Notes: generated from the letters alone by a model not told the origin. Positions 9,389-18,581 are shown, numbered from the stretch's first letter. The stretch is DNA of 43,531 nt from Parcubacteria group bacterium GW2011_GWA2_38_13 (GCA_000992395.1 LBUD01000003.1:1-43531), one strand, 5' to 3'. Numbers and translations are program-made.

Positions 9389-9661
9389 ATGTCTCGACTA
9401 AAGAATTGGTCATTTAAAGACTTAGAAAATTTTTTAAGGGATTATAAGTTTAATCTTGGACATATTGAGGGTTCTCACTATTTTTTTAACGGTAGGGTTA
9501 ATGGTATAGATAGGGTTGTACAAGTAATTTATAGTAAAAAGGAAAAAGGAGGTCAGAGTGATAAAACAATGAAGTTTGCCGTTAAACATTCAGGGATTCC
9601 GAAAGAATATTTTATGGAATGGAAAGCGTCTAGATCTGTGCATAATGAAATTATAGATTAA
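9389..9661 (+). CDS. HicA-like mRNA interferase toxin
   Basis: 90 aa, KDLENFL..YKF....GSHYFF motif with the catalytic His, C-terminal TMKFAVKHSGI. Confidence 0.7.
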   Translation: MSRLKNWSFKDLENFLRDYKFNLGHIEGSHYFFNGRVNGIDRVVQVIYSKKEKGGQSDKTMKFAVKHSGIPKEYFMEWKASRSVHNEIID

Positions 9662-9709
9662 TTGCTTATGTTTATAAGAAAAGCAGAATTTAATGAAAGA
9701 ATCAAATAG

Positions 9710-9735
9710 AATCATCTAAAAGATGATTTCTTTTA
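9710..9735 (+). terminator. Probable terminator after the TA pair
   Basis: AATCATCT-AAA-AGATGATT stem followed by TCTTTTA. Confidence 0.45.
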
Positions 9736-9850
9736 TAAATAACTAAATTTGATAAAGGTATCTTTTAGGTATATATTAAGTATGTAGACTATATTGACAA
9801 CATAAAGCAAGGAGTCTAAATATTTACATAGTAAATGAAGAAAAAATAAT

Positions 9851-10285
9851 ATGAATAAAGCATTACAAATTTTAATAGCATTGGGTATATTCATAGCCGG
9901 GGTTGGAGTCGGATTTTATTTTATTTTTTTTCTACCACAATCAAAATCTCAAACAGAGAAACGATTAGCAAGCCAAGAGTTGCAGGATAAAATAGTTGAA
10001 TGTCAGAAACTTGCACCAAGTGCAGCAAAGATATTAAACGATAGATTAGCTAATGATGAAACCTTAATCGAAAAAGTAAAGTATAACGAGAAGGATAAAA
10101 AATGTTATGCTTTAGTGGGAAGTAAAAAATGCTACATTGAGAGTTGTGTATTTAGAGAAGACGTAATTGATGTTTATGAAAACAAAACTATAATATATGA
10201 TTTTATTGGTAATGATAATAATGCTCAAGGGTTAGAAGGTACTAAATCGTTCAGTGAAGAGGTGGAGAAATATTTTTCAAATTAG
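9851..10285 (+). CDS. Membrane-anchored Cys-containing hypothetical protein
   Basis: N-terminal TM helix, four Cys, low GC. Confidence 0.65.
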   Translation: MNKALQILIALGIFIAGVGVGFYFIFFLPQSKSQTEKRLASQELQDKIVECQKLAPSAAKILNDRLANDETLIEKVKYNEKDKKCYALVGSKKCYIESCVFREDVIDVYENKTIIYDFIGNDNNAQGLEGTKSFSEEVEKYFSN

Positions 10286-10335
10286 AAGATAATGTGTGGT
10301 CATTAAAATTTGTATAAAAGATAATATATAATATT

Positions 10336-11067
10336 ATGAAAGGTATAATTTTAGCAGGAGGTACCGGATCGCGGCTTGATCCCTTGACCCGCGTAACGAA
10401 TAAACATTTATTGCCCGTATACGACCGGCCGATGATTTATTTTCCCATACAGACTTTGGTATCTGCGGGCATCACCGAGATAATGATTGTATCGGGCAAA
10501 GGGCACGCCGGGCATTTTTTGGAGCTTTTAAAATCCGGAAAAGATTTTGGAGCGAAATTTTCTTATGGCGTGCAGGAAGAAGCGGGAGGAATCGCGCAGG
10601 CTCTGGGACTTTGCGAAGATTTTTCGGGCAAGGAAAAAATTATGGTGATACTTGGCGATAATTTTGTAGAGGATAATTTAAAACAAGCTGTTGATGATTT
10701 CGAGAAAATGAAAGAAGGCGCAAAAATATTTTTAAAAGAGGTGAAAAATCCTCGGTCATTTGGCGTTGCTCAAATCCAGGGTGATAAAATAATACATATA
10801 GAAGAAAAGCCCGTTGAACCAAAATCCAATTTTGCCGTTGTTGGCATATATATGTTTGATAACAAGGTATGGAATGTCATTAAAACACTAAAGCCCTCCA
10901 AAAGAGGAGAACTTGAAATTACGGATGTAAATAACTATTATGTGAAACGCGAGGAAATGAGATTTGATATACTCAAGGGATGGTGGAGCGATTGCGGAGA
11001 ATCTTTTAATAGCTTGCTTGAGGCTGCATTACTTGTTCAAAAAAAGGCAGATCAGAAGGCGAAATAA
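10336..11067 (+). CDS. rmlA: Glucose-1-phosphate thymidylyltransferase, short form (RmlA/SpsI-like)
   Basis: GIILAGGTGSRL.P.T...NKHLLPVYDRPMI, EEKP, KPSKRGELEITD. Confidence 0.9.
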   Translation: MKGIILAGGTGSRLDPLTRVTNKHLLPVYDRPMIYFPIQTLVSAGITEIMIVSGKGHAGHFLELLKSGKDFGAKFSYGVQEEAGGIAQALGLCEDFSGKEKIMVILGDNFVEDNLKQAVDDFEKMKEGAKIFLKEVKNPRSFGVAQIQGDKIIHIEEKPVEPKSNFAVVGIYMFDNKVWNVIKTLKPSKRGELEITDVNNYYVKREEMRFDILKGWWSDCGESFNSLLEAALLVQKKADQKAK

Positions 11068-12436
11068 GCGTATATATAAATAATCCGCCGTTATCATTTA
11101 TTTTTCCGTTTATCCAAATACTATTTCCCATTCGGCCTTCGATGGAAAAATTTTGTAAAGGATAACCTTGCGCCAAAAGATATACATTTTTTTCATTATA
11201 TGGTTTAGCATCGGTAATATACAGCGTGTTGTCCAGCTGGTATACGATGCTATTTTCGTTAAGCGCCCATCCGATATTTTTAATGGGAACTCCGAAACGA
11301 TTTATTAATTTTTCAGTTTTTGCCGTAACGTCAAATATATAAAGCTCAAAATCATTTGAGTACAGAAATCTGTTTTTATCATCCGTCCAACGGATATTTT
11401 TTATTTTTCCTTCGAAAATAGTATTGTCTTCCATATCGTTTTTATTTTCGCTGCTGAAAATTTTTGTTTTTATAATAAAAGAATCTCCTTTGGATCTTTC
11501 AGTCAGAAGCATCAGATCTTTTGATATGAGTTCTATAAAATATTGCGTTGTGTCGGGTATTTTTACTGTTTGCGTTTTTGAGCTGTTTGAAATTTCACTC
11601 CTTTTCAGATATGAGCCGGTTTTTTCAAGCGATGTGTGGTAGATAAAGGGGCTTGCCACGACAAAATTTTTTATGGAAGCGTTTGTGATTTTTTTTGTGG
11701 AAACAAGAGCCAAATCAATTTGATACAGACCGGATTCATCGGAGCCGTATAAAAGAGTATTATCAAAAAAATCCCATTGCATGGCATTAAAATGAATTTG
11801 TAGCGTATCGAAAACGCTAGAGATATCCATTACCTCTGTATTTAAAATAAAAAATTGTTTTTTTTCCTTAAGCGTGCTTTCAAAAAGTAGTTTTTTATTA
11901 TTATTTGACCACCCGATAAAATATATTTCAGAATCCAATGGAAAGGATTTTATTTGTTCCAGCGATTCTTTGTCATAATCAAAAAGCATTAATACTATTT
12001 CATTATTTTTTCTTTCCTGTATGATCATGTTTTGCGATCCCGGGATATTTTGAAAAGATACGACATCCCCCCCCAAGACTAACCGAGGCGCTTCTTGTTT
12101 AGTCAAATAAACCGTTTTAATAAAAGTGACCAGGTTTGATACAATTTTAATATTGTTTTTCCATGGAAAATAGCCGTTTTTATTGATTTCAAGCTCATAA
12201 GCATCCCCAAGAAGATAATTTATTTTAGCCGGTGTTTTGGTTTTATAGAGTTTGCCATTAATAAAAATATTTGAATTTTTTGGCACGGATTCAACTATAA
12301 GAGATCCGGTTTTTTCAAATTTTAACATTTTTGTATTAAAGCGGTATCCTGACGCAAACGCTAAAATAACCGGAGTAATAATAAAAAATAACAGGATAAA
12401 GAATGAATAGAGGAATCGTTTTGTTATAAGTTTCAT
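11006..12436 (-). CDS. PEGA-domain membrane-anchored protein with a beta-propeller-like C-terminus
   Basis: TM then ASGYRF, TGSLIVESVPKNSNIFING...KTP...YELEINKNGYFPW (PEGA); ATG 12436; 3' end overlaps rmlA by 62 bp. Confidence 0.8.
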   Translation of the reverse strand: MKLITKRFLYSFFILLFFIITPVILAFASGYRFNTKMLKFEKTGSLIVESVPKNSNIFINGKLYKTKTPAKINYLLGDAYELEINKNGYFPWKNNIKIVSNLVTFIKTVYLTKQEAPRLVLGGDVVSFQNIPGSQNMIIQERKNNEIVLMLFDYDKESLEQIKSFPLDSEIYFIGWSNNNKKLLFESTLKEKKQFFILNTEVMDISSVFDTLQIHFNAMQWDFFDNTLLYGSDESGLYQIDLALVSTKKITNASIKNFVVASPFIYHTSLEKTGSYLKRSEISNSSKTQTVKIPDTTQYFIELISKDLMLLTERSKGDSFIIKTKIFSSENKNDMEDNTIFEGKIKNIRWTDDKNRFLYSNDFELYIFDVTAKTEKLINRFGVPIKNIGWALNENSIVYQLDNTLYITDAKPYNEKNVYLLAQGYPLQNFSIEGRMGNSIWINGKINDNGGLFIYTLISPSDLPFFEQVMQPQASY

Positions 12437-12564
12437 ATTTTCTTGTAGCAAGGCGTAAAACGTAGTACAATATAAGATAAGATATCAAATTAATAGTTCG
12501 GATTAATTTTTAAGATTATAATGATACGCGTTATTGTATCATTGTATCATTTTTTATTTAGCTT

Positions 12565-13857
12565 ATGAATATAGAACAAGACCATTTCGAAAAACAAGAT
12601 AAACCAAATTTGAACACCTATTTTATTATGATAGGAATATTGGCAGTGTCTTTTGTTGCCGGTTATTATTTTAACGAGTTTGCGGTTGGCAAAAAATTTA
12701 TTTCATCGCGTCCCGGAACCGTCGGGTCACAGGGAAATGGCACTACGACAGTTGAAATAATAGCAGACAGAAATGATATTCCGTCAACAGTATCAAAAAA
12801 GGTTGATTTTAATCTATTCTGGCAAGCGTGGGATTATATTCAGAGCAATTACGTTGATACGGACGTAACGGACCCGCAATTATTTTATGGATCAATGGAG
12901 GGGATGGTTGCGTCGCTTGGGGATCCGTACTCGGTGTATTTTGAACCCGAACTATCGAAAAAATTTCAACAAGAAATTTCCGGAAGTTTTGATGGAATTG
13001 GGGCGGAAATCGGGCTGAAAAATAATATTGTCACAATAATCTCTCCGCTCAGCGGCGGCCCTGCCCAAAAAGCAGGCCTGAAAGCCGGCGATAGCGTTAT
13101 AAGCATTGATGGCAAAGAAACAAAAGATATTTCACTGGATTACGCAGTTGAACTTATCCGGGGGATTAAGGGCACTTCTGTAACTTTAATTATTTTCCGG
13201 AAAGGCGAAGCCGACACAAGAAGTTTTTCGGTACAAAGAGATAAAATCGGCATTGAAAGCGTTGAATGGTCGCTTTTGCCGGGCAATATTATTGATCTGA
13301 AGCTTAAATATTTCAATGAGAATACCTTAGATGATTTCCGCGATTCTGTCAATGAATTCATGGCAAAAAAGCCAAAAGGCATAATATTGGATATGCGTAA
13401 TAATCCGGGAGGCCTGCTTTCTACCGCTATTGAAATAACGTCATTTTGGGTTGGTGGCGATGAGAATATTGTCATTGAGCGCGGGCGCGATGGGCAATAT
13501 GTAGGTGAACGGGCGAATAACAACAACGCAATATTAAAAAATATTCCAACCATTGTGCTTATCAATAAAGGAAGCGCTTCGGGATCGGAAATTCTTGCCG
13601 GAGCTCTGCAGGATTTAAAATTAGCCGAGCTTGTCGGAGAAACAAGTTTTGGCAAGGGATCCGTGCAGGATCTAAGGGAATTAAGAGACGGATCGTCTAT
13701 AAAACTTACGATTGCAAAGTGGTTTACGCCTCTTGGCAGGGAAATCAATGAAAAAGGAATAGACCCCGATATTACAATAGAGCTTACTGATGAAGATTGG
13801 AACAACGACAAAGATCCGCAGATGGATAAAGCAATTGAGCTTTTGACTAAAAAATAG
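12565..13857 (+). CDS. ctpA: Carboxy-terminal processing protease, S41A
   Basis: LGDPYS, GIGAEI (PDZ), DMRNNPGG, GSASGSE, GETSFGKGSVQ. Confidence 0.92.
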   Translation: MNIEQDHFEKQDKPNLNTYFIMIGILAVSFVAGYYFNEFAVGKKFISSRPGTVGSQGNGTTTVEIIADRNDIPSTVSKKVDFNLFWQAWDYIQSNYVDTDVTDPQLFYGSMEGMVASLGDPYSVYFEPELSKKFQQEISGSFDGIGAEIGLKNNIVTIISPLSGGPAQKAGLKAGDSVISIDGKETKDISLDYAVELIRGIKGTSVTLIIFRKGEADTRSFSVQRDKIGIESVEWSLLPGNIIDLKLKYFNENTLDDFRDSVNEFMAKKPKGIILDMRNNPGGLLSTAIEITSFWVGGDENIVIERGRDGQYVGERANNNNAILKNIPTIVLINKGSASGSEILAGALQDLKLAELVGETSFGKGSVQDLRELRDGSSIKLTIAKWFTPLGREINEKGIDPDITIELTDEDWNNDKDPQMDKAIELLTKK

Positions 13858-13983
13858 TATGATTTGCATCAGCTTTTAGATTATTGCTATAATGGAGTAC
13901 TGAATGCGGAGATTATTGCTATTGACGCAACGTGGGATAGGGGGGTTGGAGATTTTAATGAATTTGAAATAAAATAAGCAAAT

Positions 13984-14436
13984 ATGAAAGTATTATTATT
14001 GAGAAATGTTGACGGTCTGGGGAAAGAGGGTGAGATAAAAGAAGTTTCGCCGGGATATGCAAGAAATTTTTTAATTCCTCGGGGTTTGGCGGATATTGCA
14101 ACCGTTGATTTGATCAATCAGATAGCCGGAAGAAAGAAGAATGCAACTCATAGGGCAGAGATGGCGCTTGCCAATGCCGAGGCGCTTGCCAAGAAGCTTG
14201 AAACAATCAAAATTGAAATATTTGCAAAAGCAAATGAAACAGGAACTCTTTACGCAGCCATTTCTCCCGCAGTAATTGAAAAAACACTTGAAAAAATGGG
14301 CATAAAAATTTCTAAAGATCAGATCATGGCAACGCATATAAAGGAAGTGGGGGAGCATGAAATAACTGTCCGGCTCGCGCACGCTCTTGAAGCGCGCGTG
14401 TTTTGCATCATACATCCGGTCAAGAATAACATATAA
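13984..14436 (+). CDS. rplI: 50S ribosomal protein L9
   Basis: [31 protein letters not shown]. Confidence 0.95.
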   Translation: MKVLLLRNVDGLGKEGEIKEVSPGYARNFLIPRGLADIATVDLINQIAGRKKNATHRAEMALANAEALAKKLETIKIEIFAKANETGTLYAAISPAVIEKTLEKMGIKISKDQIMATHIKEVGEHEITVRLAHALEARVFCIIHPVKNNI

Positions 14437-14511
14437 ATAGTATTGATTTTTTATTTATTATCATAATTCGCCTACCCTATCGGTGGGTTTTCTCATAATA
14501 AATTCTCATAT

Positions 14512-16143
14512 ATGCCCAAATACATATTTGTGATGGGAGGAGTTTTGTCGGGAATAGGCAAGGGGATAGCCACGTCATCTATAGGGAAATTGTTGCAATT
14601 GCGCGGTTTTCGCGTTACCGCGATAAAAATTGATCCCTATATAAATGTTGACGCGGGCACAATGAATCCAACGGAGCATGGGGAAGTATTCGTGACCGAG
14701 GATGGGGATGAAACCGATCAGGACATCGGCAACTATGAACGTTTCTTGGATACAAATATTTATCGGGATAATTATATGACGACCGGCAGGGTATATCTTT
14801 CGGTGATAGAGCGTGAAAGAAATTTGGGCTACGGAGGAAAGTGCGTGGAAGTTGTACCTCATATTCCGGAAGAAGTGATGGCGAGGATAAAAAAAGCCGG
14901 AAAAAAATCAAAAGCTGATTTTATAATAATTGAAATTGGCGGAACGGTCGGTGAATACCAGAATATTTTATTTTTAGAAGCTGCCCGGCTTATGCATTAT
15001 CGTTATCCAAACGATGTGCTTTTTATTTTATTAAGTTACCTGCCAATACCTAAAAACCTCGGTGAGATGAAAACAAAGCCGACCCAGCATGCCGTATCGC
15101 AGGTAAACGCGGCAGGGATCCAGCCGGATTTTATTTTGGCGCGCGGGGAATTGCCCCTAGACAAGCCGAGAAAAGAAAAATTATCAATATTTTGCAATGT
15201 GAAAAAGGACCATATCATATCGGCTCCCGACGTGAAACACATCCTTGATGTTCCGATAAATTTTGAAAATGAAAAATTGAGTGAAAAAATATTGAAAAAT
15301 TTGAATATAAAATCACGAACAAACAAATTTTCTGAATGGAAAAAACAAATAAGAAAATATCAGAGGCTTAAAAAGATTGTGAAAATAGGTATTGTGGGCA
15401 AATACTTTGCTACAGGCGATTTTATTTTACCCGATGCCTATATATCTGTTATAAACGCCATAAAAGAAGGATGCAACGCATGCGGATGCGTTGCGCAATT
15501 GGAATGGATAGACTCTGATATATATGAAAAAAATCCTTTAAAAGTGAAAGAAATTTATGCCTATGATGGAATAGTTGTGCCGGGCGGTTTTGGCAAGAGA
15601 GGAATTGAAGGAAAAATTCGCGCCATCCAATATGTTCGCGAGAATAACATACCATATTTGGGTTTATGCTACGGGATGCAGCTTGCGACAATAGAATTCG
15701 CAAGAAATATTTGCGGTATGAAAGAGGCAAATTCAACCGAGATTGATCCTGAAACAAAATTTCCTGTCATACATATAATATCCGAGCAGGCCGAATTATT
15801 GAAGAAAAAACAATACGGAAATACCATGAGGCTTGGAGCATGGCCGTGTGTTTTAGATAAATCGTCAAAAAGTTTCCAGGCGTATAAAACAACCAAAATA
15901 TCAGAGCGCCATAGGCACAGATATGAATTGAATAATAGTTTCAGGGAGGCTCTGGTAAAAAAAGGATTATTGCTCGCAGGGCTTTCGCCTGATAAAAATC
16001 TTGTAGAAATTATTGAAATACCCGGACATCCATTTTTTGTGGGAACGCAATTTCATCCCGAATTCAAATCAAGGATTTTACGGGCGCATCCATTATTTAA
16101 GGCATTTGCCGAAGCTGCAAAAAAAAGAAGCGAAAAAAAGTAG
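14512..16143 (+). CDS. pyrG: CTP synthase
   Basis: GGVLSGIGKG, KIDPYINVDAGTMNP, GLCYGMQ, QFHPE. Confidence 0.97.
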   Translation: MPKYIFVMGGVLSGIGKGIATSSIGKLLQLRGFRVTAIKIDPYINVDAGTMNPTEHGEVFVTEDGDETDQDIGNYERFLDTNIYRDNYMTTGRVYLSVIERERNLGYGGKCVEVVPHIPEEVMARIKKAGKKSKADFIIIEIGGTVGEYQNILFLEAARLMHYRYPNDVLFILLSYLPIPKNLGEMKTKPTQHAVSQVNAAGIQPDFILARGELPLDKPRKEKLSIFCNVKKDHIISAPDVKHILDVPINFENEKLSEKILKNLNIKSRTNKFSEWKKQIRKYQRLKKIVKIGIVGKYFATGDFILPDAYISVINAIKEGCNACGCVAQLEWIDSDIYEKNPLKVKEIYAYDGIVVPGGFGKRGIEGKIRAIQYVRENNIPYLGLCYGMQLATIEFARNICGMKEANSTEIDPETKFPVIHIISEQAELLKKKQYGNTMRLGAWPCVLDKSSKSFQAYKTTKISERHRHRYELNNSFREALVKKGLLLAGLSPDKNLVEIIEIPGHPFFVGTQFHPEFKSRILRAHPLFKAFAEAAKKRSEKK

Positions 16144-16164
16144 TAAAAAATATTTTCCAAATAA

Positions 16165-16196
16165 AAAAACGTCTCCACGACCGTGGAGGCGTTTTT
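16165..16196. terminator. Bidirectional terminator between pyrG and rpmA
   Basis: AAAAACGTCTCCACG-AC-CGTGGAGGCGTTTTT. Confidence 0.8.
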
Positions 16197-16208
16197 AAAA
16201 TATATGAA

Positions 16209-16517
16209 CTATTTTGCTTTTACTTTCTTTACTTCCTTGGTTTCGGAAATGACATTGGCGAATCTGGCCATCCTTAGCTTACCATTGATTTTTTTTATTT
16301 TTTTCGTGCTGAATTTCACAAAACCCGGCTGTATTGCGAAAAGGGTATCATCAATGCCTTTTTTTACATTTTTTCCCGGTCGAATTTTTGTTCCGCGCTG
16401 CCTGACAATTATTGCTCCGATTTTCGCGTATTCTCCTCCATAGAGCTTTACTCCAAGGCGTTGCGCTCGCGAGTCGCGGCCTAAGCTTGTGGAACCGCCT
16501 GCTTTTTTATGAGCCAT
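16209..16517 (-). CDS. rpmA: 50S ribosomal protein L27
   Basis: [36 protein letters not shown]. Confidence 0.96.
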   Translation of the reverse strand: MAHKKAGGSTSLGRDSRAQRLGVKLYGGEYAKIGAIIVRQRGTKIRPGKNVKKGIDDTLFAIQPGFVKFSTKKIKKINGKLRMARFANVISETKEVKKVKAK

Positions 16518-16523
16518 AAAATA

Positions 16524-16551
16524 GTTAAAAGTTAAAAGTGAAAAGTTAAAG
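16524..16551. repeat. Heptamer tandem repeat (GTTAAAA)x4
   Basis: gttaaaa gttaaaa gtgaaaa gttaaag just upstream of the rpmA start. Confidence 0.75.
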
Positions 16552-16597
16552 GTTTATATAGATTTAAGGATATAATATTTAAGAGTATTTGTAAATA

Positions 16598-16626
16598 TTG
16601 ACAAATATATTCAGATGTGCCATAAT
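16598..16626 (+). promoter_or_regulatory. Sigma70 promoter for the 16752 gene
   Basis: TTGACA N17 CATAAT. Confidence 0.7.
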
Positions 16627-16751
16627 AATACATAGTATATTTACAAGCAAATAGTAAGTTTTTGGTTTTCCAAAACCATACATTTTTCAAGAAAAATAAT
16701 ATGTTTTTGGGTTATGTTTACCGAAGTTCTTTTTAAGGAAAGGAGATTGTC

Positions 16752-17360
16752 ATGGCGGAAAAGAGATTTTCTGTCACCGGCGATCAGTATCGTGTTTGCC
16801 ATCGGAGAATGCGTGAAATTTGCCGTCAGCTTGATCAGGATGGCGGAAGCCCTCTTGATCCCGAGTTGGTGGCAAATGAGCTTCAGAAAATCATTGAGTC
16901 CAAAAGTATTGTGGATGGAAAGATTGTCGGCACTTTCACGATTACGTGCGAGGGTTCGCACACGGCATCGGAGCTCAAGGAGCTCGGAAAGTACAACTGG
17001 TCGAACGACTGGATCACTAACGAGCATTTCCCTCTCACCAAGCACGAGCCCGAGAAGCGCACCATCGAATTCGTGAAATTTGATCACGATCCTTCAAGCA
17101 AGGAAGTCCTGGCAGAGTTCGCTTGTCGTGGACTTGATCGTCCAACCTATGAGGACGCTTTCTACTTCGGTGTTCAATATCCCGATGAGCAGAGGAAACG
17201 GTCCATTATCTTCTTGCACGAACCTGTTATGCGCCCGTACAGCAATCCGCTCGTGGTCGAGCTCGGCAGCGATGTCTCGGACCGGGATCTCGGCCTCTAC
17301 TATTTCGAGGGTGACTGGTGTCGCAGCTTTGTCTTCGCTGGCGTTCGCAATCCTGCCTGA
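16752..17360 (+). CDS. GC-rich accessory protein with a DGR-target-like (CLec-type) C-terminus
   Basis: AGGAG SD; C-terminus RDLGLYYFEGDW...FAGVR; the last 41 codons are 33 NNY, 8 NNG, 0 NNA. Confidence 0.6.
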   Translation: MAEKRFSVTGDQYRVCHRRMREICRQLDQDGGSPLDPELVANELQKIIESKSIVDGKIVGTFTITCEGSHTASELKELGKYNWSNDWITNEHFPLTKHEPEKRTIEFVKFDHDPSSKEVLAEFACRGLDRPTYEDAFYFGVQYPDEQRKRSIIFLHEPVMRPYSNPLVVELGSDVSDRDLGLYYFEGDWCRSFVFAGVRNPA

Positions 17361-17397
17361 TCAATAGGAAAAATCAGCTTTAACGGCTGATAAGCCT

Positions 17398-17447
17398 AAG
17401 ACCCTTTTAAGAAATCAAATAATGATTTTCTACTAGGGTCTTTTTTT
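17398..17447 (+). terminator. Intrinsic terminator
   Basis: AAGACCCT...AGGGTC stem, then T7. Confidence 0.7.
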
Positions 17448-17573
17448 ATTCCTCTATATGTTCCCTCTCCGATTACGCTTCTGCTATTGATAAAATTTTT
17501 ATAATATGGTAAAAAGTATTAATTGTGGTTTTGGTCGCAAAATGGTCAAGGTCATCTATTTTGGAGGTTTTGT

Positions 17574-18368
17574 ATGAATCGTTCTTTGAAAATCGGCTTG
17601 GCGTGCGCGTTTGGCGCTTTCATCGGCTCACTTGTCGCACTTTCGCTCAACCAGTTCTGGTGGTGGCTGGGTATGTTTGTCGGCGGTGGTGTTGGGTATC
17701 TCTCGTACGAGCTCAAGACCGTTATCGAAGCCACGAAAGTCGCGTGGAAGCAGGTGATTGGCTGGCGGCCGAGTTGGCAATCATGGATACATACAGGTAA
17801 ATTTTTTGTGCTTTCTTTAGCATTGCCAGCGACTGTTCTTTTTCCAATTGGAATATTGTGTTTATTGTTAGACTTGGCATTACCTGAAAATAATAAAAGT
17901 TTACTTAATCTGTGTTATCTTTGGCTTGCCGGCATTCCTTTGGTTGGAATTTTCAATACCTTTATATATACTAACGGTGCGAATAATAAAGTTATATCCT
18001 ATCAAGAAATGAAAGATATATTCTTTGAGTTCAATCCCTTGGTGGTTTATTTTTATTACGTACCCATGTATGCGGGCATTGGAATTTGGTTTGCAATTAA
18101 GCGCATTCCTCGGCTAGCGCTTAGGGTTGTTCTTGGAATTTTTATTATATTTGCCAGGCTTGGCACATTTGTCTGGACAATATTCAAATTCATCCATTCC
18201 GAAGAGCGCGTGTTGTGCGCATTTGACGCAGCGCTTGGCGCTGGCATCGGTTATTTCTACCATAACCCGATTGTCGGCATGATCGCGGGAGGAATTTTCG
18301 GAGTTTTGAACTACGAAATTCTATCCAAGCGAGTGTTAAGGCTCGTTTCCCTGAAAACCAAGTCGTAA
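17574..18368 (+). CDS. Accessory polytopic membrane protein
   Basis: GGAGG SD at 17563-17567 supports ATG 17574; Gly-rich TM helices. Confidence 0.7.
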   Translation: MNRSLKIGLACAFGAFIGSLVALSLNQFWWWLGMFVGGGVGYLSYELKTVIEATKVAWKQVIGWRPSWQSWIHTGKFFVLSLALPATVLFPIGILCLLLDLALPENNKSLLNLCYLWLAGIPLVGIFNTFIYTNGANNKVISYQEMKDIFFEFNPLVVYFYYVPMYAGIGIWFAIKRIPRLALRVVLGIFIIFARLGTFVWTIFKFIHSEERVLCAFDAALGAGIGYFYHNPIVGMIAGGIFGVLNYEILSKRVLRLVSLKTKS

Positions 18369-18376
18369 AGTCATTT

Positions 18377-18409
18377 GACCCTGTGTGAAAAAAACATGGG
18401 GTCTTTTTT
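18377..18409 (+). terminator. Intrinsic terminator
   Basis: GACCCTGTGT-GAAAAAA-ACATGGGGTC stem, then T6. Confidence 0.75.
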
Positions 18410-18425
18410 ATTCCCCTATTTTTTG

Positions 18426-18532
18426 AGGCTGTCCGATAACTGTCATTCTGAGCCTGTGGCGAAGAATCCTCCTGCTAATCTGTGTGATCTTTCGCTTCAC
18501 TCAGGATGACAAAAGTAATTATCGGACAGTCT
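18426..18532. mobile_element. MITE-like element with 14-bp TIRs enclosing REP-like copy 2 (18441-18511)
   Basis: AGGCTGTCCGATAA / TTATCGGACAGTCT (13/14 inverted match); the core is an inverted relative of 97-169. Confidence 0.6.
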
Positions 18533-18581
18533 GTGTAAGGAATAGAGGAGCTGTTTAAAATTTCCCCTCTTAGGGTAATTT

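Noticed and set aside
11006..11067. 62-bp convergent overlap of rmlA and the PEGA gene as antisense regulation
   Set aside because: Short tail overlaps are common in compact genomes and there is no other support.
13140..13811. Long antisense ORFs opposite ctpA, pilC, yvcK, ahcY and murB, and the off-frame ORF 34209..34817
   Set aside because: They lie over well-supported genes and show no recognisable motifs.
16641..17087. Alternative ORFs overlapping the 16752 gene (16641-, 16714+, 17080+)
   Set aside because: Shadow ORFs expected in GC-rich DNA; only 16752 has an SD, promoter and terminator.
16752..17450. Complete DGR in this window
   Set aside because: No reverse transcriptase, no avd and no adenine-rich template copy were found by eye.
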